From: Seison nebaliae
Taxonomy: Eukaryota
Direction of reading: 5' to 3'
DNA: 64,000 nucleotides
Assembly (NCBI GenBank): GCA_023231475.1
Contig: JALJEE010000692.1
Span: 1-64,000 of the forward strand
The notes beneath the pieces are model-generated. The model was not told the origin of the DNA, searched no databases, and saw nothing but the letters and a program-made list of their open reading frames with translations. Position 1 is the first letter of the stretch. Each line of letters opens with the position of its first letter. Both the position numbers and the translations under genes were made by a program. Shown here piece by piece: positions 29,954-43,800 of the stretch.

Positions 29954-32900
29954 TCATATGGAATAAAAATATTTATCATTTTCCAATTTTATCTCCTTTT
30001 TCGTTTCCAACAAGATTTTCAAATGAAATAATAAACAACGCTTCAATTCTTCTTCCATTTTATCCTCTTCCTTCACTTTCACACAATGTTTAAATCGATT
30101 CATTGGAAATCCTTTTATTACATGTTTTTCGATCTCTTCCAACTTCATCGAACGATTATTAACTCTCATCACTCCTCGTAGATAACTCCATAACATCTAA
30201 ATACGATGAAAATGAGAAATTTAAACGAAAAAATTTAAATAAACCACAAGAAGATTACGATTCTCTTTGAAGTTGTTGATTGGTGGGAGGGTAGTTGAGG
30301 AAATTGTTTCCGTTTTTTCAGATGTTTCTTGTTGTTCGATTTGACTCTCTTCCATTTCGTCAATTGTAGTCACCTAATCCAGAAAATATTTTTGAAAAAT
30401 GATTTAATATAAATTGAAATAACTGTTTGTCTCATTCTTCTCAATTGATAATGATCATCATCTTTATGATAATTGAGAACGTTCTCAGCAATCCAGAAAT
30501 CTAGACCACATTTCACATTTCTTTTATTCAAATTGATATCTTCACATAATTCGGTGATTGTCCATGAAGCTAATTCGGAGAAGGAGAAAATGAAATAGAT
30601 GAAGAAATTAAAAAAACTTTTTATGGAGAATCGATGAATAATTGAAGCGTGGAATGGAGAAACTAGAAATGATCTAGAAATACCATCATCAAACACCAAT
30701 TCCATTTCAACTCGACTTAAATTATAGTTCCATAATAGAGTACGTCGCATAACTACTCTTTCATATTCTTCACTGAATTCTTTGAGAATATCATAAATTT
30801 CTGGTGGTAACATTTGTTTGTCGAGATTCGTATAATTCATCTTTTCCGTACTTATTTCACTATTAATCGGTTTGACATGATTTGGTCGTTCATTCTCATC
30901 GAATACGATATGATATGAATGCCAATGTTTCGTTGGGAGATAAGCAGAACAATCATCTTCAGCTACCTTGTCTAAATCAGGCCAAAAATGGCCGGAAAGT
31001 GCGAAGAATATTTCGAGCTTAAAATTTTTCGAAATTATTTCTTTCGGAAGATTCATCCATAAATTATCTAATAATCGTTGCGAATTAGCCAAATCGTCCA
31101 ACATCACCGAACAATTGAGCATATGAGTATCTCCAAATTTCTTCTTCAACTGTTTAAGAGCGAAGAATTCTTTTTCTAGAAATAACAAATTTTTTCTTTG
31201 AATTGACAAAGAATGAGAAGAGAACTTATTTCATCGTAAGTCAATTTGGAGAGAACTCTCGCTGCAAATTGTTTCTTATATTCATTCACGAATGTATTCT
31301 TATTATTGTAAATACTTATCAATATATTCACCAGATCTTTATTATTACAAATAATAATTCCTAAAACAATCAATTCAATTAAATTCAATAAAGAGAATAA
31401 CAAAATTATTTTACCTGTTTGTCCACAAATTGATGGAATTGACCAGTAATCCCATGGCAACGAAAAATCCTCATCAGCAACATATTCTAAATAATTCTTA
31501 TCGAGAAAATCGTGAGCATCTAATAAAATAAGAATTGAAATAATTTGAAAAGAAATAATGAACTTTTTTCACATTCCGTTATCGCTTCCAAAGTATGATC
31601 TTTTAATTTATGAGAGACAAGTGTATTTTCCGAATCTAATGATTCAATAATATCTGTCGAATCGACATTAATAAATTCGGATTTGTTAAAAAATAATGAC
31701 GAATGACTGGGCGATGATAATATTTCCACAATACACTGAACAGTATCAGAACGATGACGAAGATATCGCTTTATTCGACAATGAATTTCTGATAAAATTG
31801 ATCCATTTATATCAAGTGTTTGAAGGATTTGAGTCAATACGACATATAAACGAAGTATTTTTTGTGTGGGAATTCCAACATGGAGAAATGTCGTCTCCAA
31901 GGTGGCGATGGTATTTCTTAAGATTTGGAAATGATAATATAAAGTTGAGTCATTGAATTTGGATGATAAGATGGTATCGATTAATAAACTACTGTTTAAT
32001 TTGCGAACGTCTTGAACGAGATCGAGAGAACGAATTTCTCTTTTGAGAACAATTCGACTGATTTGTTGGAAGAAGACGAAGAAATATTGAACAAAATATC
32101 TGAATCGTAATTGATCGATATATCGATTACTATCGATACGTATACGATTCTCTTTCATTTTAGAATAACCAGCCGAATTCTTATTCACTTCACGTAAGAT
32201 TTCAATCAACTGAATCTCTTCAGTGAAATTGAAATTTGAAGATTTTGGAGAAGAGAATGTGAAGTTTTGGAGACAAGTGTCCATCATCAAATATTTCACT
32301 TGTAAATTATCTTCGACATAATAATAAATCATATTCTCCAATAAACTATATGAAAGATTATTTTTTCTTTCATCTAAATAAAGTTCTTTATACATCTTCG
32401 ACAACAAAGTTACATCATCGGGAGAGAAATCAATGATTTTCATTCTGATATTGATCGACGATAAATAAGTTTCATCAAATTCGTATAATTCATTTATAAA
32501 AAATTTCATCCAAAAGTTTTGAAGGATAGAAAATAAATTTAAAGTGGCTGCATCATCCGCTTTCAATAATTCATTTACCTTAGACAATTCATTCTTGTTC
32601 GTTAGAAAAAGATTTGAAATGTTTTCAAAAATCTTTTCAAAGAAATCCGAGAAAAAATCCCAAGAATATTTGCCAATTCGGAGAACGTTTAAATATTTCT
32701 TCGCAACATCCATAATATCTTTTCGTTTTTCATATATATTTACGTTTTCAAAATAAAATAATTCGAACCAAAACTTTTTTGAATATTTTACAAAAGGAGA
32801 ATCGTTTTCTGAATTGTCAGAATTGGCGATAATCTCTTGGAAGAATGTAGTGAAGATCGAGTTCTTGATTTCCAATTGTAATTGACTGTGATTATTGTTG

Positions 32901-33040
32901 TTCTTTTTCTTTATCAATTCCATGATTGACAACAAATGATCGATTTCAGAGAGCGAATGGGAGAATTCCTCATTATCGTTACAGGATGTTTGTGAAAGTC
33001 GAAGAATTTCATGTTGGAGAAAGTCGAACAATTTTTTCAT
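29954..33040 (-). CDS. ANAPC2: Anaphase-promoting complex subunit 2 (cullin-like), divergent, 6 introns
   Basis: YLRHRSDTVQCIV, DLVNILISIYNNKNTFVNEY, LKKKFGDTHMLNCSVMLDDLANSQR, LSGHFWP, RTLLW and the winged-helix LWSYLRG match APC2. Introns 31520-31563, 31361-31414, 31176-31225, 30570-30617, 30374-30423 and 30197-30244. Confidence 0.85.
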
Positions 33041-33202
33041 TCTCAAAATTTTAAAAATAATAGAAATGAAATGAAGCTTGAATTCAATTGCTGTTCTTTG
33101 ATATATTTGAATTAGAATTAATAGTAGAAAAATGAAGTTCACCGACTAAGCTAATCACATCATAAAACAATAAAAATTTTGTTCGGAGAAACTAATTAAA
33201 CA

Positions 33203-36200
33203 ATGCAACTCACAGGGTTAAGAAGATTTGGTGTGTTCAATGCCGCAGAATTAGTTCCTTTTGGTACAATTGCCTTCTATTCGATTGCTGGTATTGTCAT
33301 CACCGATTTTGCTGGTTAATCATTTGAATGTATGACAATTATTTTAATCCATTAAACTTAAAATAATCTTGATTTTAGGATCGACATCCGTTGTTTCCTT
33401 GTTAATCGCAGGAATAGTAACTGCATCGACAATCATCAGTTATCTTAGGCTTCAGGTAATGGCGGTCGGTTATCTCAATCTCCAACAAATAACACAAAGA
33501 GTGTACGGCGCATTTATCTCTTACACGACTACTTTCTTCTTTTTATTATGTTAAATTAATTTGATTTTTTTTGTTAACTAAATCTTTCTTGTAGTACTCG
33601 CAGTTGCTGTTGCCATTTTTGGACAAAGTATTAAATTCCATTATTATTATATGATGGACCTTCAGATTGACACTGCAGTTTCATGGCTTGGAATCATCTC
33701 ACTGAATTATGATTATCTTCCAGCTTTAATCATAATTCCATTGGCTCTTTTATCGAGGAGTGGCGATAAAATTGATAAAGGCTATGTAACAATAGGAAAT
33801 TCAGTGGCTTTGATCATATTCGCTTTATCAGTTCTTTTATATTCTTATTCGAGGAATGCGAAAACTATTCACCCGAATTTTACTGTTCAATATAGTGTCA
33901 ATTATATACTTAAGGGTTCCACATATGTATTGTTAGGATATATATCATATCCACTTTGCACGGCACTGTTGGATCCACGATATATGACAAATTTAGAGGC
34001 AAATTATAGTGTCAGTTGGTTGTACACAACAATCGTATACATATTTCCCATATTTATCATTATTCATACGTGTAACCTTCGACATTGTAAATGGTACGCC
34101 ATTCTGCCATCCACACTAAATTATTGCAATTATTATTTTCCTTATTTCTGGTCTTTAGTTCCCATCTTGGCGAATCTGGTGGTAATAATAATGTCTTTGC
34201 ATTTTGCTGGAGTTCTTAGTCACATGATGGTCATGGATGGTTTGTTAGTTAAAAACTATTTTGCTTCTAATCTCAATGCATGGTTACCAAGTATGATGAG
34301 TGTTCTTATTGGAGTCATCTCTTCCATACTCTCAACATTTCTTGATCCTGTAATATTGATGGAAGTTGCAGGTACAATTATTGTGGTAATTTATATAATT
34401 ATTTCATTCACTGGCATTCTATATCCGGCACTTATTCATACACCCTTATTATCATGTCCTTGTGTGTTTGGTGGAGAATCTGGACGGTTCTTATCAAATC
34501 AGAGATTGTACGAACTTTATTGTATTCTTAACAATCTTTATCTTACAGGAAAAGAGAATACTGTGCAGAAATTATTTGAACAAAAGAAAAATGATAAACA
34601 AAAGAACAAAGGAAAAATGACAAATAAAAAAAGTAAGAATAATAACGCTAATAGGAATTTCAATTGTGATACACAAATAGAAGATATCTCTAGTTCGGAA
34701 GAAGTTTCCAGTAGAAGAATGCTACCAAAATTGCAACAATTTAAAATTCATCGAATTCAATGTAAATGTGAAGATTATGTCGATGAAGATTCGAATGACA
34801 TTTGTAAGAAATGTACAAGTGATCTCCAATCGTTCATACAACGATATCAAAATAATCATGCATGGAATACTCCGAAAAAGAAAGATAAGAAGGATAGTGT
34901 TACCGTTCCAACTGACAAATTAAAAGTTAGTCAACCTGTCTCAAAATCTCGCGACGAATCCTCAAAATTTGAAGCGGATTTCACAAGTGCTCCTCTCATA
35001 TGTTGCTTTGGTACCAGACAAGTGATTTTCGTCTTTTTTCTATTACTTTATATCGTCTCCTTATTCACTTTCGTCAGATACGAATATTTAATTACTAATC
35101 CAATATCTAGATATGGATTGATGACACTTTTATGTATCTTAGCTACGACAAGTATGGGAATTGCAATAACATTTATTACTAGTCAATGTCCAACTAAAGG
35201 ACGAATTTATCACAATGCTTTATTTGGAGTTGTTACACCTCTATTTGCATTAAGTGCTAATATAATTCTTCTATCTCTTCAAACATGGGAAATGTTTATG
35301 ATTTTGAGCATCATCTTCGCATTTACTTCGTTGACATTCTTCTTTGTGTCTTTCACTTTCCCAAAATCAGATAATGGCCAAGATCCAAATATTCCTAAAA
35401 ATTTAGGGAAATCTGTCGAACATTTGTTAGATGATATAATGGATAAATATAAAGTGAAAAATAAACCAATACTTCAAAAGAAACCTAAATCCAAATTTTT
35501 GAAAAATAAATGTCCGGAAGATACATCGAAAACAAAAACCCTCGAAAAAGATAAGGATAAGAAAAAGCTGTCGGTTAAATCATTGAATAAACGTAAATCT
35601 TCAATTTTTGGAAGTGACACAACTGGTGGTGAATCATCATCTCTTATGTATCTTAAGCAAGTGATTAGTAAGGTTGAATTGGAAGAAACAACATCTGAAA
35701 ATATTGAAGAAGAATCTTTAGAATCAGAATCAGAATCAGAAGAAGTAGAAGAAGTAGAAGAAGTAGAAGAAGTAGAAGAAGAGGAAACGATAGTGAAGAA
35801 AAAACAAGAAAGAAAAAAACTGGCGTTGCGAATGCCGATTTATTCAGCGAAAGAAATGGTATCGAAAGAAAAAGATTTTAGGCAAAGAGAAAGAATACGA
35901 CCCGATCAAAGAAGTCATCGGTTTGTTTCACCTCTCATGGATATAGTTCAACAAAAACTGATAACAGATAGTGGTACTTCTGGTCCGTCTTCTAAAACCA
36001 GGAAAGTTCCAGTGCAACAAATTATTAAGCAAAAAGAACTACAAAATAAAAAGAAAATAGAACAAGAAACACAGAAACCAATGTCGATGTTGATGAAAGA
36101 ACTGAAATCGAATGAAGAAGCTCTCAATTCATTGGTATTAGAAAAGAAGTTACAAGAAGAAGATAAATATGCTATTGCTAGTTTAATACACGAACAAAAA

Positions 36201-38030
36201 GAGAAACAGGAAAAGCTGGTGATGGAATTGGATGCAACCATGAGGGATTCGACCATAAAAAATCGAGATACGTCCACAAATCAGGAAAGTCTCATTCAAC
36301 AAAAATCCATAGCAAGAGAAAGAACTTTGAAAATTCAAAAAGTGTTAAAAGATCAAGTAAATGAGCAACGGATATTGTTAAATCAAATGAAAGTGAAGAA
36401 GAAACAAAATGAGCGAAAATTAGCGAATGAATTGAGTGAGAAGAATAGATTATTAGAGTTAATAAAAAAAGCTGAAGCTGAAAATAAGACGATATTAAGG
36501 AAATCATTGAAAGAACAAGAAATGACTCATGCAAAGATGGTTCAGAAATATGAGGAGAAGAATGATCTTAGACAAAGCATATTAACGAATGAAAAACAAA
36601 ATCTTCAAGAAAAACTTGAGAAAATTGAAAATGAATTAGAGAAGCAGCGTGAATTGTTCGAGGAAGCTTTATTAACGAAACAGAATGAATTGTTAAATCA
36701 GCAATATAACATGTTAGAGTTCATGAAACAAAAAGGAATTAAACAGCCACCATCAGATACTTATAATTTAAGTGAATTGAAAAGTTATGAGAAATTTTCA
36801 ACCGAAAATGTTTCAGAGAAAATTGGCCCTTCAGTGAAAATGAAAAGTTTTGAAGAAGAACAAAATGCAAACGATGCTGATGACGAACTTAAAAAAATAA
36901 CCGATTCTAGTGCTATCGAAACTGATTCGTCTCAACCGCTGAATAACGAAATTAGAGAGGCACTTCGAAAAACATTAGCCAGTCAGGGGTCATTGAAAGA
37001 TTATGATGAAACAGGCAATTCTTATGCCGAAAAGTTTTTCGAACTTCAAGGAAAGGAAGATGATATATCGACTGAAAACGAATCAAGGAAATCTGTCATC
37101 AGTAAAATTGCTCAGTCTCAAAGTCGCACAGCGGTAAGTACAGTTAAGGATAAATCGGTAGAAGAAACTTTCATTAAAACGTTGAATGACTCCTCTTATT
37201 ACCATGGGTCCGATACGAATAATAATAGTGTCGAAAAAGTACCTAGTAAACACATCTCCAAATCAGTATCAGATGTAAGTATAATCAGTTCCACTACCCA
37301 TAGATTTGCAAATAAGAATGCTTCGAACGATTTAGGTGAATGTAAAAACCGAAACAACTATATAAATAATTCAAATCGAAAAGAATCATCAAAAAAATCA
37401 ATTAGACAAGACCATATTGCACAAGAAAGTCATACCACTTCGGAGAATCAAGTTTCAAGTGTTCAAGAATATGAAATAAGAAAAGATAAGACATTGCAAG
37501 AGGATTTATTGAAACAATATGAGTTCGGCTATGGTCATTCAATTATAAAAGACCATACTCCTCCTAATACGAATATTAGAAAAATGAAATCTATTTATTT
37601 AGATTCCCAGAGTAACGTAATTACTAAAACAGAATTCATGGAAAATAGAAGAAGGTCCAAGAGAAGGCGAAACAGGAAAAAACTGATATATGCAAATTCA
37701 AAGTCCGATGACTTGAATTCATCCGAATCATCCATAAGAAATGCTACCTCACAAATTCCTCAATCTATAAAGAACATTTTACGAGAAGGGAAACAATTAC
37801 AACATAAAAATTCACTTAATACAAATATGCCATTTAACAGTAATATGAAAGAATATAGAAAAGATATTCAATCTAGCAATAATGCTGCTTCCGACCAAAC
37901 AAGTTATATGTTAAAGTCATGTAGTTCGATAGATTCCGAAGCTAAACCCAACAGTCAATCTCCATATCATTCTCGTCACAAATTTCCAATATGCAACAAA
38001 AAATGGACAAATGAAGAAAAAGAACTGTGA
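33203..38030 (+). CDS. Highly divergent SLC7/cationic amino acid transporter (APC fold)-like protein with long coiled-coil/disordered C-terminal tail, paralog A
   Basis: Exons 33203-33314, 33379-33549 and 33595-38030. About 14 TM segments. FAGSTSVVSLLIAG resembles CAT AGPAVVISFLIA; YDYLPALIII..SG.K, MDGLL and TPLFALSANIILL (like the CAT C-terminal hairpin) also fit. The tail is K/E/Q-rich heptads. Confidence 0.7.
35721..35780 (+). repeat. Coding tandem repeats (GAATCA)x3 + (GAAGAAGTA)x4 encoding ESESES-EEVEEVEEVEEV
   Basis: Read directly from sequence. Confidence 0.9.
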
Positions 38031-38598
38031 GTATCGAAGTAGTTCTTGAAATGGACAAAAATTAGAAAAAATAAAATTTGTGAGAGGTGAATAGTTTCTT
38101 CAAAATTTTTATAAGTCTCATTTTTATAAATCACTCTCAGCACATCTGGCGCATTAATTTATTGCTTGGTCGTTATAACCTCCAAGAAGATGAGCTGATC
38201 TTATTGGTTTATTATCATAATTACTACCATAATTGGGAAAGTATACTTTCCTAATTTCCAAAAGAAAAAATATCCCACTTATCAACAAAAAGGAAATGTT
38301 TATCACATTCCTTGTCGTAACTTTACTGTAACTATCTTCATATAACTTAACCTGTAAGTTGTAAATTTACAACAAAAACATTATTTACTATAACTTGAAG
38401 AAGAAACATTTATTGATTATATAACATTATATAAAGAATATTTGATGATAATTACAATGAAAAATTTTCAGTTTTAAAAAAAGATTCATGTAAAACTATG
38501 ATGATATTAAATTCATTCAATAATGTAAAATTGTTCAAATAATACTTTAACATTTTATTGTAATTCTATTCATAAATATTATTCAAATTCTGAGTAAA

Positions 38599-40221
38599 TC
38601 AACAGAATGGCGGGGTAATAATTTCCCAATATTTTGTTGATAACAAACCGCAAATTGGACAAACTTTTGGACAACGCGTTTCGAATTTACAACCAAAGAG
38701 TATTTCCGTGTCAGGAACCTGATAAGTCGTAATATTCCATGGAATTAGTACATGTTCCGAACGAACAATAGGCTGATAATTGTGAATTTGTAACAGCTCT
38801 TCATATTCGAATAATAAACGTTTCTCCTCAAAAGTTAATTGATCCATAATTTCGTGATGGACTTCAGTTGTTGGTAATTTCAAGTTATCTCGACCGCAGG
38901 TAAAACATAACATATGACAACAACGAGATGGAATAACACAATGACTATTCCAACAGTCTAACATACAACCACATTGACGACACGACAATTCATAGTTCTT
39001 CTGAATCAAATTTAGTGTTAAATAATCTAACTGAGATGGCTTTCTATCTCGAATATCACTATCTGATAAACCATAAAATTGACGACTATCCCGTCTTTCT
39101 AGTGAAGGCAAATCGGTTAAAATTTTACTATAACTTTCGTTGATAGTTTGACGAGAGGATAAATTTGAGGATAGAGTATTCGTCTGAGATTCCCGTTTAA
39201 TAAAGAAACCACGAGGACCATCATCACAATAGTCATCTTTACCATTAACATATGATGCAATTAATTTTGGATCATCACTGGTAAGAGGATAGTTGACTTC
39301 TTCAATCAAATTCTTCATAGATGACGGATGTATCGGTTCGACCAATGAAGGCTTTATGTCTGAAGCATCAGATGAATTATTTGTTGGAATATAAGTAGAA
39401 TTATCATCTTTAACATCCCACACAGAAGATGAATCTTCATTTTCATCAATATTCTGATCACCTTCTGATTTATTTAAAAGTTCTTTCGACGTCGATTTAC
39501 TTTCCATTTGATAATGAAGTTCTTTTTCTTCTCCGTGAGTTAATTTCCGATCTAATAGAATTGGAGTGATAGGTGTCAAATTATTTCCACCAAATTCAGT
39601 TAACGATTCATAAACTTCAAGAGAATTTCTCTTCACACCATTTTGCTCATGACTACTTTCACAACGTTCTATGAATTGATTTGGGACGACCAATGACGTT
39701 ATGTGTTCACCACTAAACTCCACCGGTACTATTTTACAACGATTTAACGGGACATCAATTGAAGCTGAAACTGACGACGAAGCATTTGAATGTTTCCTCC
39801 TCGCACTAGGATGACTTTGACCGATTTTCGTTGACTGACTAATAATACCATGAACGATATTTCCAATGTAAGATAATGAGTGAGGTAAACTCATCGAACT
39901 ATCATCATTTCCTTCTTTTTCCTCGTTGTGATAGAGAATAATCTTGTACGTAACCGAACGATAAAGAGAACGCGATAATTTGTATATGACAAACCAAAAG
40001 AGTATATTAAATATTAAAGATATTCCCCACACCCATGTACTGCATTTTGCGATCAATTCTTCAGTACAGTTTCGGTTCCATACACTACTTGGAATTATCG
40101 AATTTATTAATGCATAGTGGCAATGAGTCTGTGAAGGAGTGTGAGTTAAAATCACTTCGATAACCAATTCTTCAAGCCATACCACCACGAAACGCATAGG
40201 AAACTGGATAATTGTTTCCAT
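38599..40221 (-). CDS. Intronless 540-aa protein with N-terminal TM segment and C-terminal split RING-like zinc finger
   Basis: TM WVWGISLIFNILFWFVIY, a Ser-rich disordered middle, then CRQC...CCHMLCFTC...(about 75 aa)...CPIC. Confidence 0.7.
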   Translation of the reverse strand: METIIQFPMRFVVVWLEELVIEVILTHTPSQTHCHYALINSIIPSSVWNRNCTEELIAKCSTWVWGISLIFNILFWFVIYKLSRSLYRSVTYKIILYHNEEKEGNDDSSMSLPHSLSYIGNIVHGIISQSTKIGQSHPSARRKHSNASSSVSASIDVPLNRCKIVPVEFSGEHITSLVVPNQFIERCESSHEQNGVKRNSLEVYESLTEFGGNNLTPITPILLDRKLTHGEEKELHYQMESKSTSKELLNKSEGDQNIDENEDSSSVWDVKDDNSTYIPTNNSSDASDIKPSLVEPIHPSSMKNLIEEVNYPLTSDDPKLIASYVNGKDDYCDDGPRGFFIKRESQTNTLSSNLSSRQTINESYSKILTDLPSLERRDSRQFYGLSDSDIRDRKPSQLDYLTLNLIQKNYELSCRQCGCMLDCWNSHCVIPSRCCHMLCFTCGRDNLKLPTTEVHHEIMDQLTFEEKRLLFEYEELLQIHNYQPIVRSEHVLIPWNITTYQVPDTEILFGCKFETRCPKVCPICGLLSTKYWEIITPPFC

Positions 40222-40483
40222 TTGTTTTATGGAAGTTAAAGAAAAATCGAATTTCCAATGACTAAACAGTAATGAAATTTGTAAGAACTTCTTTCCAATT
40301 TGTATACAAATTTCATTGGCGCAGTTTTATTGTATAAATTTTTAATGTTTATTATTACTGACAATAAATAAAAATCATAATTAAATGTGGACGATCGTTC
40401 GTTTATTATGAAAAAAAAATGCTTTAGGTAGAAAAGTGCGGTTTCGAATAATGGCAAGAATGTCAAGGATCTGAGAAGGACAT

Positions 40484-40587
40484 GTCAAAACATGGACAAA
40501 ACACTTATAATAAATATAATTTTTGAACATATGAATATATTTTACACAGTTTGACTATTATTATAAGCACTTTGTCCGTGTTTTGAC
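40484..40587. mobile_element. MITE-like element, 104 bp, with about 29-bp imperfect terminal inverted repeats
   Basis: Left end gtcaaaacatggacaaaacacttataataa versus reverse complement of right end gtcaaaacacggacaaagtgcttataataa. No clear TSD. Confidence 0.5.
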
Positions 40588-40835
40588 GAGTCTCATTTTT
40601 AGACTACGTGTCCCAGCTCTCCAAAAATTGGCAATATAAAGAAAAAAACTAAAAATTATGGAACGAAATTTCCATTTCTTTAAATTTTCAATTTTAATAT
40701 ATGTTTAATTTCCGTTGTTATTGTGTATTATTGTCTACTTACAGTTATGCATCATTATAACGTTCCCTTGTTAAACCGTTTATCTTTATACAGAAAAATA
40801 ATTCTCAAATTTTAATTTAATACTTATTACCAAAT

Positions 40836-43800
40836 TTAATAATCATCGTTTAAATTTCTGTGTATGATATCTTCTGCAAAACTTGCAGATGATGTTGGTT
40901 GTTGTAGACTATCCAACTCATCTATTGGATTATTGGCGTTATATTCCACTAAACTATCATTTGAGTAATTGCTCTTAGGAAAAACTTGTTCGATATAATA
41001 CCCGGATTTATTTTCATTAAACGGTCTTGCCGTAAAAGTTGATCTTTTACGAGAAGGACGAGTATGTTTTTCGTTGTCCATCATGTTTTTTAACGATAAT
41101 TTATGAATACTACCAGATTGTGCACTTTTAATTGGAAAGTCATTAGAAAAATCTGATTCATTTTTCTTGCTTTTCGGGTATGATGGACGGTTGGCATGGG
41201 GAAAATTATTAGCTACAAAATTAAATTGAGTCGATTGTCCTTGACTGCTAACCATTGATGATGATTGATCATTTTTAGTATCATTTTGGAATGATCCATT
41301 ATTCAGAGGAACATGTCGGTTTTGATTATCAAATGACTGGATATTGCTTGATGAATATTTTCCTTCGTTTCGAGATGGAGCATTCATAAAATCTAAGTCT
41401 GATAATGTCTTGGATGTGTCTTGACTAAAATTCGGATCGTTTTTATTTGAATGATATGAAGATACGTTGTGTAAAGTACTTGCTGAATTCTCGAAATGAA
41501 CAGGAGAGTTTTCGAAATTTTTACTTAAACTTTTTTTTATAGCGTACTTATTATCGGTAGTGTGGTGAGTTAAACTCTTGGATATTTCGTACTTTTTTAA
41601 AGAATTTCGAGGAATTCTTATTGTCTTTCGTCGTGGATGTCCATCAAAGTTGGATTTCCGAGAATTATCATAAATTTCATAGAATTTTTCATAATTCATA
41701 TAACCGTCATAATGTTTTATATGATCCATTAGTCTTGCTGTTAATGTCGCTTCAATTTTTTCTTGAATTTCGGCTGCAAGAACTTCTTCAATTGATTCGT
41801 CTGGAATTGTTAGTTCTTCAGCGTATCTTGGTAATAGTTGAGTTCGAGCTTTTCGTGAATATCCATTTGATGTGTCATATCTTCCATTTAGTTTGGTATT
41901 ATAAATAGTTTCTATGGATTTATTTGAATTTTCAGAACTTCTTTGAATAGAACGTTCGTTCGTCATCTGACCATCTTCGTTCAAATAATCATCTTTTATA
42001 GATTTCAAGTTCGGTCTTTTTTTAGAATAAAAATTTGAATTAGACGACTCAGGATTAGTTTTTTGTCCACTTACATATGTCAACAACTTCTCTTGTTTTT
42101 CCAGAAGTTCATTCTGTTTTCGGATAAGTGTTTCCTCATACAACGATCGCTGTTTTTCTAATTCTTTTTCAACTTTTATCAATTTCTCTTCCATTGCTAA
42201 TTTGTCATTTGTTAATGATCTTTTATTATTCGTTTGATATTCTGATTGAATATAATTGGTAGTAGTACTTTCGGTTTGCTGTGTCTTCTCCGTTCCGTAT
42301 TGACTACGCATTAATTTCAATTCTCGTTCCTTCTCATATAATTCCGTTGTTAATTCTTCTTCTTTCAATTTCATTTTCGTTTTCATATAACTTAACACTG
42401 TTTTCTGTTCTCGTTCTTGTTGATCTAATAATTTCTTTAATTGAATTATCTTTTTACCTCCAGATTCTCTTTTCAAATATTCCAATTTATCTAAATCTCC
42501 TTCTTCCATTTTATAATCATTCTCCGATTGTAATTGTTTGATAAGAACATATTGTTGATCTTTTTGTTCACTGATCAAATCACCGATGATATATCTATCT
42601 TTTTCTTGTAGCTCCTTCACCATTATCAATTTATTCAAAGCCTTTTCATTCGATTGAATACTTTTCAATTTCTTACTGATTTTCTTTTTTAAAGAGTTTC
42701 GTGTCGCACTTATAACATTCGTATAATGTGGAGTTATATATGGAACTACATTAACTTTACCTACATTTTCAGTTTGTATACTAACAACTTCGTTCGATTG
42801 ATGTGTAATAACATCCGGTATCGAATATTTCAATTCTAATTCAGATTTGATACTTTCTTTTTGAACTTCGATTTCGGAAAATTGTCGAGTTCTCCTCTGA
42901 TATGAACTAACATTATAATCGGCAGATTCTCCACCAGCTACCTCAGACATAGTGTTGAACGATTTACTTGTCTTATTAGGAATTTTCGGTTTCTCTATGA
43001 TCGATTCTTTCTTTGGTTTTTTCAATTTTTCTGGTGACTTAATTTGTTGTCGAGATACTCTTTTAAATACTTCGGACATTAATCTACCAATTTCTTCAAT
43101 TAAATTATTCGAATGATCTCCCCAATAATCATTGTTCTCTAATAATAAATCGGCATTTATCTCTTGAATGAAGGGAGCAGTTAACATCAAATATGAGATA
43201 ATAGTTGAGCCGAATAATATTGGAAGAATTAGTAGGAGTTCTGCACTCAGAAAAGCGAGAAGCATCATTTGAAATGTTAAAGCGAACATCGGTGTTATGA
43301 TAACAAACATTGGATTTATAAGAATAATATTTGCTGTTGAACATTGATTTGTAATGAATGGGAGAGTGCAACAAATACAAATCAATCCCAATACGGCTAT
43401 AAATGCTACCATACCATATTTTGTTGTAATATCGTATAATAAATAACCGTATCTAAAAGCGAGGAATACGGTAACAGAATATGTCAAAAGGAAAAATAGA
43501 AGAAGAATTTGTCTCCCACCAAAATGACATTTAAGTTGAGGCATTGAATAATCACTTGAATCCGAAGAAAAATTATGTTGATTAACGTTACCAAATGTCT
43601 TATATTTATTCTTATTCCTCCAATGATTATTCTGATAACGTTGACAAAATAATCGAAAATCATTCGTACATTTGCAACATATCGCCTCAGAATTCTCTAT
43701 CATATTATCTTTGCAATTACATTCTGTTCTATAAATATTATAATTATCATTTCTGTTTGTTTCACTTTTCTCTTCGTCTGTAACAATATTTTTCAAAATG

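Noticed and set aside
38141..38254. GRYNLQE resembling the GYYNLQQ motif of the SLC7-like paralogs (third copy?)
   Set aside because: Similarity is limited to about 20 nt and the flanks do not align.
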